IMG/VR virus record: IMGVR_UViG_3300017917_001342
Location: 372,001 to 436,000 of that record
Strand: one strand, 5' to 3'
DNA: 64,000 bases
Shown here: piece after piece, positions 47,800 to 56,475 of the stretch
Numbering within the stretch: the stretch's first letter is position 1
How the letters are laid out: each line of letters begins with the position of its first letter
Position numbers and translations under genes: made by a program
The notes under the pieces: model-generated
The model's database searches: none
Seen by the model: the letters and a program-made list of their open reading frames with translations, nothing else
Told to the model about the DNA's origin: nothing

Positions 47800-48666
47800 T
47801 TAGTCTTTGTCTACACTATCTTCTTTAGCCTGTTCTTTGGCAAGTGATTCTGCATGCTGTGCAGCCATACGAATCATGTCATGTTCGGTTTGTCTTGTGT
47901 AGCTAGGAGTTGCACCGTTCATAATCAGTATGTCGTCTCTGATGTTTTGATTGCGCTTTTCTATGTTAAGCACTCTTGTAAAGCTGTTGGTTATTGCGGC
48001 GGTGTAATACGCAAATGGATTTGGAGTATCAGAACGGCTTTCATCAAATTGTAACCCAATTTGGCTTAGTTGAAGCAGTGCCTGGCTTTTCATTTCGTCT
48101 ATGTATGTGTAACCTCGCCAGTTGCCTCTGTGACCATAGCGTTCTACTAATTTCATAAACATCATAGCCAGTCTATTAGTCATTTTTCCGTGCGAGTTAG
48201 AAAAATGTCCGTTATGTAATCCACCTGTCCAATGGCTTTTACCTACACATATAAATTCGCTGTCACCGTAGATAAAATGCTGAAAAGGTGGAAAATTACA
48301 CTTTACATGCCTATCTGCTTCAGTTTTGGCTTTGGCTAATTTTTCTTCATTTATAGGTATATGATCAAATGTCATTACTCGAATTACAATGTCTGATCGT
48401 TGTACATCGTCTAATGTATAATTGATAACAGGATTTCTTATACCAGCCGCAATTTGCGCTTTTTTCTCTGCTGCAATGTATAAATCTACTTTGCGTTGTC
48501 TTGCTTCATCAATACGTTCAACAGTAACGTCATTTATATCAGATACTATGAAATCGTAATTGGAATACTTAGATTCTAAATATTCACAGTACGTGGTTTT
48601 ACTGCGATGAATTTCTTCTAGCAACTCTTTATTAGTTAGGTATTTTATTTTTGGTATTGCTGCCAT
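47800..48666 (-). CDS. gp55: Late-transcription sigma factor
   Basis: NWRGYTYIDEMKSQALLQL, NPFAYYTAAITNSF.RVLNIEK. Confidence 0.85.
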   Translation of the reverse strand: MAAIPKIKYLTNKELLEEIHRSKTTYCEYLESKYSNYDFIVSDINDVTVERIDEARQRKVDLYIAAEKKAQIAAGIRNPVINYTLDDVQRSDIVIRVMTFDHIPINEEKLAKAKTEADRHVKCNFPPFQHFIYGDSEFICVGKSHWTGGLHNGHFSNSHGKMTNRLAMMFMKLVERYGHRGNWRGYTYIDEMKSQALLQLSQIGLQFDESRSDTPNPFAYYTAAITNSFTRVLNIEKRNQNIRDDILIMNGATPSYTRQTEHDMIRMAAQHAESLAKEQAKEDSVDKD

Positions 48667-48750
48667 ATTAGATTATCCAATTGTTTACTGTAAACATATA
48701 ACTTTGCATAATTTTTACCAATGAAGTCAAATAACAACACAAATTAGGCA

Positions 48751-48802
48751 TATTTATTTTACATTTCTTTCTATTTTTGAAGAAAAAATGCCACCATAAA
48801 TA
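48751..48802. promoter_or_regulatory. Divergent late promoters ATAAATA (-, 48751-48757) and ATAAATA (+, 48796-48802)
   Basis: Intergenic between gp55 and the baseplate module. Confidence 0.55.
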
Positions 48803-48822
48803 GTAAGTACGGAGTTTTATCA

Positions 48823-49662
48823 ATGGCAGACATGTATTCACAAATGGGCGGAGGGTTAGTACCTTTCACAGGTATGCAATCACCTGACACAAGCAACAAC
48901 AGTGATGCACAGGGTCGTCGAGTAAGGTTGCGACCCAAACCTGCTGCTGCGATGCAAATATACGGATCAAATGGTTTATTACAGCCTTTGAGACAAACCA
49001 ATGGAATGGTATGGCCGTATCAACCTACTATAACATGGAACCAGCCTGTTACATATAGTGGGATGGAATTGGTTCATACCAACCAGGATATCATGGCATA
49101 TGTTGCGACACCGACACCTAAATTCAATGTCGCTGGAGATTTTAGTGTACAGAATCAACAAGAAGGTGTATATGCATTAGCAGCTATACATTTTTTACGT
49201 ACTGTTACTAAGATGCATTTTGGTTCGTCTGACCCAAATGCTGGTACACCACCACCTGTGTTACTGTTTGATGCATACGGACAGTACATGTTCAATCAAT
49301 TGCCTGTGATTGTTACTAACTTTTCAATTGGATTACCACAAGATGTTGATTATGTACCAGTTGATTTAAAATACGTACAATCATATACGTCTGCGCAGAC
49401 TGCAACTAACATACCAGGGTTTAGTCAATTACAAACAACTCCGTCTATAGATAGTTTTTTAAATTCTGCTAACTCTACATTAATTTCGACTAGAATGTAC
49501 AGGTCAGATTTGTCAACTGAAAATAATCGCTATATATGGTTACCAGCAGTGTTTACAGTAAACGTGGATATTGCAGTACAAAACACTGCGACTCGACTGC
49601 GTGCATTTAATCTAAACAGTTTTAGATCTGGAGAACTTATGAAACAAGGACGATGGATATGA
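48823..49662 (+). CDS. Baseplate tail-tube cap/initiator-like protein (gp48/gp54-like)
   Basis: GMVWPYQPTI, IHFLRTVTKMHFG, PPPV..FDAYGQYMFNQLPVIVTNF...P.DVDY. Confidence 0.65.
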   Translation: MADMYSQMGGGLVPFTGMQSPDTSNNSDAQGRRVRLRPKPAAAMQIYGSNGLLQPLRQTNGMVWPYQPTITWNQPVTYSGMELVHTNQDIMAYVATPTPKFNVAGDFSVQNQQEGVYALAAIHFLRTVTKMHFGSSDPNAGTPPPVLLFDAYGQYMFNQLPVIVTNFSIGLPQDVDYVPVDLKYVQSYTSAQTATNIPGFSQLQTTPSIDSFLNSANSTLISTRMYRSDLSTENNRYIWLPAVFTVNVDIAVQNTATRLRAFNLNSFRSGELMKQGRWI

Positions 49663-49967
49663 GTGCTGTCATTTATCAAAAGACTAGTCCGTATTTTAAT
49701 ACACCACAAGTCAATCAATATGTCAATTATTTAGATTTTTGGAATGGTACGTACATTTTTCCAAAAGACACAGATTTGTTTATGCAACTTGATGCGCAAT
49801 ATCAATATAGGCCAGATCTATTATCTTATGCACAATACGGCACACCACAATTGTGGTGGATATTCATGCTACGAAATCCAAACGTGATTAAAGATCCGGT
49901 TTGGGATTTTGTTGCAAACATTTCTATATATGTGCCACAAAAGAGTTCGTTAATTGGATTGGTATAA
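49653..49967 (+). CDS. gp53: Baseplate wedge LysM-like protein
   Basis: YQYRPDLLSY..YGTPQLWWIF.LRNP..IKDP. Confidence 0.75.
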   Translation: MDMSAVIYQKTSPYFNTPQVNQYVNYLDFWNGTYIFPKDTDLFMQLDAQYQYRPDLLSYAQYGTPQLWWIFMLRNPNVIKDPVWDFVANISIYVPQKSSLIGLV

Positions 49968-49972
49968 AATAA

Positions 49973-52519
49973 ATGTCTAACAATCTATTAAATCTTATTA
50001 ACACTATCAAACCAATTTTACCAATTAAATTGGATACCAACATTACGGTTAATAATATTTTAACGCCTGTAATTGATGAATTTACACAATCAGCACAAGC
50101 GGCAATAGATCCATTTAAAAAATTATTAACACCGTTGCAGCTTCAAGCTGATAATTTTCCATTCATTAACAAAAATAAAACCTACACATCATTGGGTGAT
50201 TTGTTTAATGCAAAACCGAATCCACTAAATGATTATGCAAATTACACATATCATATTAGATTTAGTATGTCAAATGAAGTACAAGCATACAACAACATTA
50301 ACAAATTATCACCTAATACTGATAATTTAACAAAAGTAATAATTGCAGAATCTGGTGTCACTGCTGGTTTTAACATTCAATCTCTTAATATAACTACCAA
50401 AGCTACAAGCGATGGCCGTAGTAGAGGCATGTGGACCAATGCTACATATACAATGGAAATTCTAGAACCGTTAGGCATAACATTAATTGATAAACTCTAT
50501 AATTCAGCAAGAGAATTAGGCGCTATCAACTATGTCACATGTCCTTACTTTTTAGAAGTGTGGTATAATGGCTATGACGAAAACGGTAATATCATAGCTA
50601 ATAATTTGTTTTATAATTTGTACAGAGTGATCATAAGAGATATCAATGCAAATTCTGACAATGTTGGCACACGATATGTAGTGACAATGATAAATGACAA
50701 TGGTTATGCAGAATTAAACACAATGGCTACACCACCGTCTAACATTATCATTCCTGCTGCAACACTAGGTGAATTTTTTGATCAGTTGCAAGTTGCTTGG
50801 AATACAATGTCAAGTAATATAAACGCTGATGGTATACAACGTAACAACTACAAAATTGAATATCCGGCCGAATGGCGATCATGGACACTGAAAAACCCAG
50901 ACGCACTGAAACAAAACTCCCGCGGTACTCCGATGTACGCCGAACTGAACAGTAACAAAACCACTGTTACTATTTCTCGAGGTCAAAGTATAGAAGTTGT
51001 AATTGAATTTATACTGTATCTATGTCAAGAAGCCCAACTATGGATGACTGGTAGTGATTCACCGTCGCCTGGTGCACCAAGTTTAAAAAGTCACGGGTTG
51101 ATTAGATACATTACCATTTATCCTCAAAGTGAAATAGTTGCAGCGACACCTCATGACCCTGTGACATTGGATTACATTAGAAATATCACATATTCTCTTA
51201 TACCAACTGAAACAGTTAAAGCATATGTAGATATGGAAACTGTTAAACGTGCAAGTACACCAACTGTAGCTGAAAACAAATTGAGATACATGATATCCAA
51301 TAACAGATTAGCTAAAAAATACGAGTACATTTACACAGGCAAAAATACAGAAGTAATTAAATTTGATTTTACCATTAACAATTTATGGAAGATTACACAG
51401 CCAAATTGGTTACAAAGTAACAGCTATGACCAATATACTGTCGGGCCTGTTGCAGCAACAGAAAGTATTGGCTGGCAACAAATAAAACAGGTTCTTAACA
51501 GAACTAAACTAAATCCATCCAGCCTAATTCAAGCTGTAGACAACCTGTCATCAATATTAACTATTGGTACTAATCTAAACATCAATTCGTTAATAAATGG
51601 TGCTCAGCAGATTATACCTACCATAAACAATGTTGCGAATTTAATCAATAATATACCATCTACAACTGCTGATATATCTAAATTATTAAGCAATAACACA
51701 CTGTTTTTGAATTTCAACACCGGCGATATTACTAAATCAACTGTTGCAAATTTAGTAAACAATACTTTACCTAATACTGTGTCAACTCAATTGCAGTTGT
51801 CGAATGTCAAGTATGCCGAAGATTTAATCAGACCTTCTGGTACTCTTGTTACACCATTGGTGCCTGTTGTTGGTCAATTCGACACAGCGCCAACTCAACA
51901 GCAGGCCAGACAAAACACAGATCAAAACAAAGTTGTATCAAATCCGGATCCTAACAAATACGAACCCGGTACTGGTATAATGGGCAGTATTTTAAACAAC
52001 GTGTTTGAGCCAAACAAAGCATTTGCAAATATCGAATTAATAATCAGAGGTGACCCATGGTGGGTTTCAAAAAGCAATTTAATACAAAACAACATTGTAA
52101 AAAACATTGTTGGGGGTTCAGCTGTTGCTAACACAGATACACAAAGCGCAAACTTTTTAGGCGGTGATAACGAAATTCTGTTAGAGTTCAGAACTGGCGT
52201 AACTATTAATGAAGATACTGGATTAGGCGAATTCAGTAATACTGGATCTGATTTCTTTTCTGGATTGTATTATGTGTCTAATGTTGTAAGCAACTTCAAC
52301 CGAGGTAAATTTACTCAAACTCTATATTGCAAAAAGGATGTGTTGTTTAACACAGAGGTATTAGCTACATCTGGTAGTCCTACTACGTCTAGAGACCGTC
52401 AAGATTTTACACCAATGTCGGTTTCTACATCTCGCGATAGACAGGATACAGCACTAGTACCAACTGCGTCAATTGGTAACAACACCGTGGCGCCTACAGT
52501 ATCTAGAGACAGGCAGTGA
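49973..52519 (+). CDS. Baseplate hub (gp27-like) protein
   Basis: Lies between gp53 and gp5. EILEPLG, IELIIRGDPWW, SGLYYV..V.SNFNRGKFTQTL. Confidence 0.6.
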   Translation: MSNNLLNLINTIKPILPIKLDTNITVNNILTPVIDEFTQSAQAAIDPFKKLLTPLQLQADNFPFINKNKTYTSLGDLFNAKPNPLNDYANYTYHIRFSMSNEVQAYNNINKLSPNTDNLTKVIIAESGVTAGFNIQSLNITTKATSDGRSRGMWTNATYTMEILEPLGITLIDKLYNSARELGAINYVTCPYFLEVWYNGYDENGNIIANNLFYNLYRVIIRDINANSDNVGTRYVVTMINDNGYAELNTMATPPSNIIIPAATLGEFFDQLQVAWNTMSSNINADGIQRNNYKIEYPAEWRSWTLKNPDALKQNSRGTPMYAELNSNKTTVTISRGQSIEVVIEFILYLCQEAQLWMTGSDSPSPGAPSLKSHGLIRYITIYPQSEIVAATPHDPVTLDYIRNITYSLIPTETVKAYVDMETVKRASTPTVAENKLRYMISNNRLAKKYEYIYTGKNTEVIKFDFTINNLWKITQPNWLQSNSYDQYTVGPVAATESIGWQQIKQVLNRTKLNPSSLIQAVDNLSSILTIGTNLNINSLINGAQQIIPTINNVANLINNIPSTTADISKLLSNNTLFLNFNTGDITKSTVANLVNNTLPNTVSTQLQLSNVKYAEDLIRPSGTLVTPLVPVVGQFDTAPTQQQARQNTDQNKVVSNPDPNKYEPGTGIMGSILNNVFEPNKAFANIELIIRGDPWWVSKSNLIQNNIVKNIVGGSAVANTDTQSANFLGGDNEILLEFRTGVTINEDTGLGEFSNTGSDFFSGLYYVSNVVSNFNRGKFTQTLYCKKDVLFNTEVLATSGSPTTSRDRQDFTPMSVSTSRDRQDTALVPTASIGNNTVAPTVSRDRQ

Positions 52520-52588
52520 TTTTTAATTTAAAAATACATTCGTAATAGTTAATAATTAAATTATTAATAGTGAAAGTGGGTTTTATTC

Positions 52589-55500
52589 GTGAATAATTCT
52601 ATTAGATCGGTTCATAGTCCAAATTCGTATAACCTCGAACCGGCAGGTCGTGCTACTCAACTTGACAAAATTTACGTAGGTTTTGTTAAAGACACTGACG
52701 ACCAACAGAGAATGGGCAGACTCAGAGTATGGATACCAGAACTAGGTGGTGATCCAAATGATACAAGTCAATGGTTCACAATGAACTATGCTAGTCCATT
52801 TGCAGGCGCAACAAACCCATATACACTTACACCTGGTAAAACCTGGACAGATACACAGAGAAGCTATGGTTTTTGGTTTGTACCACCTAATTTAGAAAAT
52901 GAAGTACTTTGCTGTTTTATCAATGGCGACCCTGGTCGAGGTATATGGTTTGGATGTTTATTCCAGCAATATATGAACCACATGATTCCTGGTATAGCAG
53001 GTACACCAGAAAGTAAACAGTTACCTGTTGCAGAATACAATAAACTTGATCCAACCTATAATAGTAGAAATCCAACTAGACCTTTGTACACCCCATTGTC
53101 AGAGGCACTGATAACACAGGGTTTGTCTGAGGATCCTATTAGAGGTACTACCACTGCAACTGTGCGGTCGAATGAAGCTGTAAACTCCTATTCGGGTATT
53201 TTAACACCTGGTGGTACTCAGTTTGTATTCAGCGACGAAGCAGGTGATAGATATGTTCGTTTACGAACGCAATCGGGTACACAGGTTCTTCTTAACGATT
53301 CTCAAGGTATGATCTATCTCAACACCAGAGATGGTGCAAACTGGATGGAACTCAGTGCAGACGGTCGTGTAACAGTGTTCTCTGCTGCTAGTATAAGCAT
53401 GCGCTGTAATGGTACTATGAATCTACGTGCAGATGGCGATATTAGAATGGAAGCTGGTCGCAGCATCTATATGAAGGCTCGTGGCGAAGTTGGTACACGA
53501 CCTATTCAAGGTACAGCGGCTAGCCAGTCTGGTCAAATACAAACAGCTAGAACAACAAACACTGCACAGGTACCAGCAATTGGTGTCAATGATGCGTCTA
53601 CAACCATAAAAGTACCAAGTACCGCTATAACTGGTACATTTGTGCAAGGTATGATCATAAGCGGTATACCGTGGGCTAATCCCATTACAAATACCGCACC
53701 TCCTGTGCAATCGGGCCCGAGTCCCGGATATCCTAGCGATATGACTCAACCTGAAATTGAAAACATTATTCGAGAAGAAGCTACCCTTAGAGGTATTGAT
53801 CCAGAAGTTGCCGTTGCTGTTTATAGAAGTGAAGGTGCAGGATCTTATCAATCATTGGTGCCTCGTACTGGTGCAGGATCGTACAATGGCAGAGAAGCAT
53901 CATATGGTCCGTATCAGCTTTACACAGGCGGCGGCCTTGGTAATACCTACGAAACAACTACTGGACGTAATTTGCTTACTGATAACACAAAAGACGGTAT
54001 CACAAATCAAATTAGATTTGCATTGAATCAAGCTGCAACGTCTGGCTGGGGTCAGTGGTATGGTGCTGCAAATGCAGGCATATCTGATTTTCAAGGTTTA
54101 AACGGTGCAAGACCTGTAAACAACGTAAACACTACTCCGAATCCTTACAATTCTCAACCAGTAGATGTTGCAACACCTCCTAATCAGTTAGCAGGCAGCG
54201 GTCAGCCTGCTGTTGTAGTAGGTGACACTATTGCATTAGGTACAGGCCCAGAACTGGCAAAACTCAGAGAAGGTGTTGTAACCAGTGCATCAGTTGGTGC
54301 AACTGCATCTGCTATACTTTCTGCTATTAAAAACAACAGTTCTGTATCAAACGCACAATGGGCAGTGGTTAGTGCAGGTAGTTACGACACTGTTACTACA
54401 AATGAAGGCAGAGGACAACTTACTTCTAACTTAACAAACATACGTTCGATTTTGAATGCCCAGAATTACACATGGATACTTCCAAAAGATTCTGTTAAAC
54501 GAGATGTAGTGTACGGCTTTGCTAGAGGTAAAGGCGATAACGTTGTAGACATTGGTGCAAGTACAGACGGTGTAACTCCAAAGAATTATACAGAAACTGC
54601 GTCTAACGTTAATGAAACTATATCTACTCAACTTAAGCCTCCTAGCAACACACCTAATACAAATAGCACAGCAGCATTAAACAACCCTACGACAGGTGTA
54701 ACACTATCAAGTGTTACAGTTGACGGCGACTTTACATATCTCAATGTATCTTTCCCACCTGGGAACCAATCAAATGCTAGTAATTCCAGTGTAATCACAG
54801 GTACATTACAAAATCCAACAGACAATTCTGAACAGCCTACTACCAATTACAACAGTACAGATGGTGGTATGATTATGATAAACTCTGCTAGAGACATGCA
54901 TCTCTATGCCAACGGAGATATGTATCAAACCAGCGATGGTAGAACTGCTAGAAGTGCAAAAGGCAATATGTTCGACTATAGTTATGGTAGCTATGACCAA
55001 GGTGCAGGTGGTTACATGACTATGCAAAGCAACGGTGTAATGAGTCTTGGCACAACTGCCAATATGATATTACAAGGTGCAAAAGTCGATATAAACGGAC
55101 CGAGTGCTGCTGGTGCTTTAGCTGCGCCACTTGCAAAACAACCAATTGATGGGTTCTTGCAAGATAATGATGTGTTGGGTCCTGGACAGTTTAGATTTGT
55201 AATGCGTAACACTATTCTCAGTGCATTACCATATCACGAACCCTATGCCGGTCACGGTGGTAGCACTAGAGGTACAAACGGCTACGTTGAAATTGGTCCA
55301 GTGGTTGATCAAAGTGGTAGGTCGATACCATCTGGTGCAGCAACTTCTGGTGCAGAAAGACCACTTGACTTGCTGGGTACACCTAATACTACCAGTGCGC
55401 CTGGTTTTTATGCAGGTACAGGGTATGATTCAAAAGGTATTCCACAATACGAATACAGAGGACCGCCAGATGGTACACAGGTTGCAGCAAGTACATTGTC

Positions 55501-55987
55501 ATTGAGTCCAGCGGGCGTATACTTCATAGTAGGTGAAGAAGGCAAGGAACGCGAAGTGTATCTTGATGTAGGCGGTAAACCTACAATAGGCTACGGTCAC
55601 TTGCTGTTACCAGATGAAGTTGCTGGTAACTATGTGCGAATTCAAGGACAAAACAGACCTCTCAACCAAGGACCGTTAACAGATGCTGAAATTGATGCAC
55701 TGTTCAGAACAGATGCAGTAGAACGTGAGAACTATATCAGAAAAGTCAAAGTGCCTATTAGCCAAACACAATTCGACATGTTGTTCTCTCTTGTATATAA
55801 CTGCGGCTGGTCTAGAGACGTGTTTAGTAAATTGAACGCAGGTGACTACAATGTCAGTAGAGAATGGCTAAGTCACAACACCGTTAAGGGACAATTTAAC
55901 CAAGCATTGTTCAATAGACGCCAGCGAGAATACGCAAATTTCAGCAATGGTGGTACTATAGATCCAGCAACTGGAAGATATTCATAA
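52589..55987 (+). CDS. gp5: Baseplate central spike with SLT-like, SGNH-like and GH24 lysozyme domains
   Basis: OB-fold MGRLRVWIPELG, GFWFVPP, beta-helix repeats, and C-terminal E-X8-D-X5-T lysozyme triad (EGKEREVYLDVGGKPT). Confidence 0.85.
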   Translation: MNNSIRSVHSPNSYNLEPAGRATQLDKIYVGFVKDTDDQQRMGRLRVWIPELGGDPNDTSQWFTMNYASPFAGATNPYTLTPGKTWTDTQRSYGFWFVPPNLENEVLCCFINGDPGRGIWFGCLFQQYMNHMIPGIAGTPESKQLPVAEYNKLDPTYNSRNPTRPLYTPLSEALITQGLSEDPIRGTTTATVRSNEAVNSYSGILTPGGTQFVFSDEAGDRYVRLRTQSGTQVLLNDSQGMIYLNTRDGANWMELSADGRVTVFSAASISMRCNGTMNLRADGDIRMEAGRSIYMKARGEVGTRPIQGTAASQSGQIQTARTTNTAQVPAIGVNDASTTIKVPSTAITGTFVQGMIISGIPWANPITNTAPPVQSGPSPGYPSDMTQPEIENIIREEATLRGIDPEVAVAVYRSEGAGSYQSLVPRTGAGSYNGREASYGPYQLYTGGGLGNTYETTTGRNLLTDNTKDGITNQIRFALNQAATSGWGQWYGAANAGISDFQGLNGARPVNNVNTTPNPYNSQPVDVATPPNQLAGSGQPAVVVGDTIALGTGPELAKLREGVVTSASVGATASAILSAIKNNSSVSNAQWAVVSAGSYDTVTTNEGRGQLTSNLTNIRSILNAQNYTWILPKDSVKRDVVYGFARGKGDNVVDIGASTDGVTPKNYTETASNVNETISTQLKPPSNTPNTNSTAALNNPTTGVTLSSVTVDGDFTYLNVSFPPGNQSNASNSSVITGTLQNPTDNSEQPTTNYNSTDGGMIMINSARDMHLYANGDMYQTSDGRTARSAKGNMFDYSYGSYDQGAGGYMTMQSNGVMSLGTTANMILQGAKVDINGPSAAGALAAPLAKQPIDGFLQDNDVLGPGQFRFVMRNTILSALPYHEPYAGHGGSTRGTNGYVEIGPVVDQSGRSIPSGAATSGAERPLDLLGTPNTTSAPGFYAGTGYDSKGIPQYEYRGPPDGTQVAASTLSLSPAGVYFIVGEEGKEREVYLDVGGKPTIGYGHLLLPDEVAGNYVRIQGQNRPLNQGPLTDAEIDALFRTDAVERENYIRKVKVPISQTQFDMLFSLVYNCGWSRDVFSKLNAGDYNVSREWLSHNTVKGQFNQALFNRRQREYANFSNGGTIDPATGRYS

Positions 55988-56037
55988 TAATATGTGCAGA
56001 TGTTAAAAGGTTTAAAAACCAGCCAGATTTTTATCAA

Positions 56038-56044
56038 CTAAATA
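56038..56044 (+). promoter_or_regulatory. Late promoter CTAAATA (gp25)
   Basis: 30 nt upstream of ATG 56074. Confidence 0.6.
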
Positions 56045-56073
56045 TAGCTTAGATAGATCTGGTACATCCGCAC

Positions 56074-56463
56074 ATGGCAATTTTACAACAGTCAAAAATC
56101 TTCGTTGGTTACAGCACATTAGATACTAACAGCAAACAACAACAGTTTGCAGATATCCCATTGATTAAAAGAGATTTATATAATCATTTTAATACTATAC
56201 CGGGACAACGTGTCATGATGCCAACCTATGGCTGTGCAGTGTGGAATTTGCTATTTGAACCATTTGACGAAGCTGTAAAGGATGCAGTTGTAGCAGAATG
56301 TACTAAAGTAGTGATGTCTGATAGCCGTTTGATTTTACAAAGCATAACTGTAAACGAATTCAATCAGGGTTTGGTGGTACAAATGGAACTATTATACCAA
56401 CCATACAATGTGATGGATACATTTAGCATTGAATTTGACCGCAGAGCGGTTTCGATGGCGTGA
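56074..56463 (+). CDS. gp25: Baseplate wedge subunit
   Basis: IKRDLYNHFNT.PGQRVMMPTYGC..WNLLFEP. Confidence 0.88.
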   Translation: MAILQQSKIFVGYSTLDTNSKQQQFADIPLIKRDLYNHFNTIPGQRVMMPTYGCAVWNLLFEPFDEAVKDAVVAECTKVVMSDSRLILQSITVNEFNQGLVVQMELLYQPYNVMDTFSIEFDRRAVSMA

Positions 56464-56475
56464 TAGGGGAATAAA

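Noticed and set aside
52519-52567. AT-only palindromes between the hub and gp5 genes
   Set aside because: Short and low-complexity, and expected by chance in AT-rich DNA.
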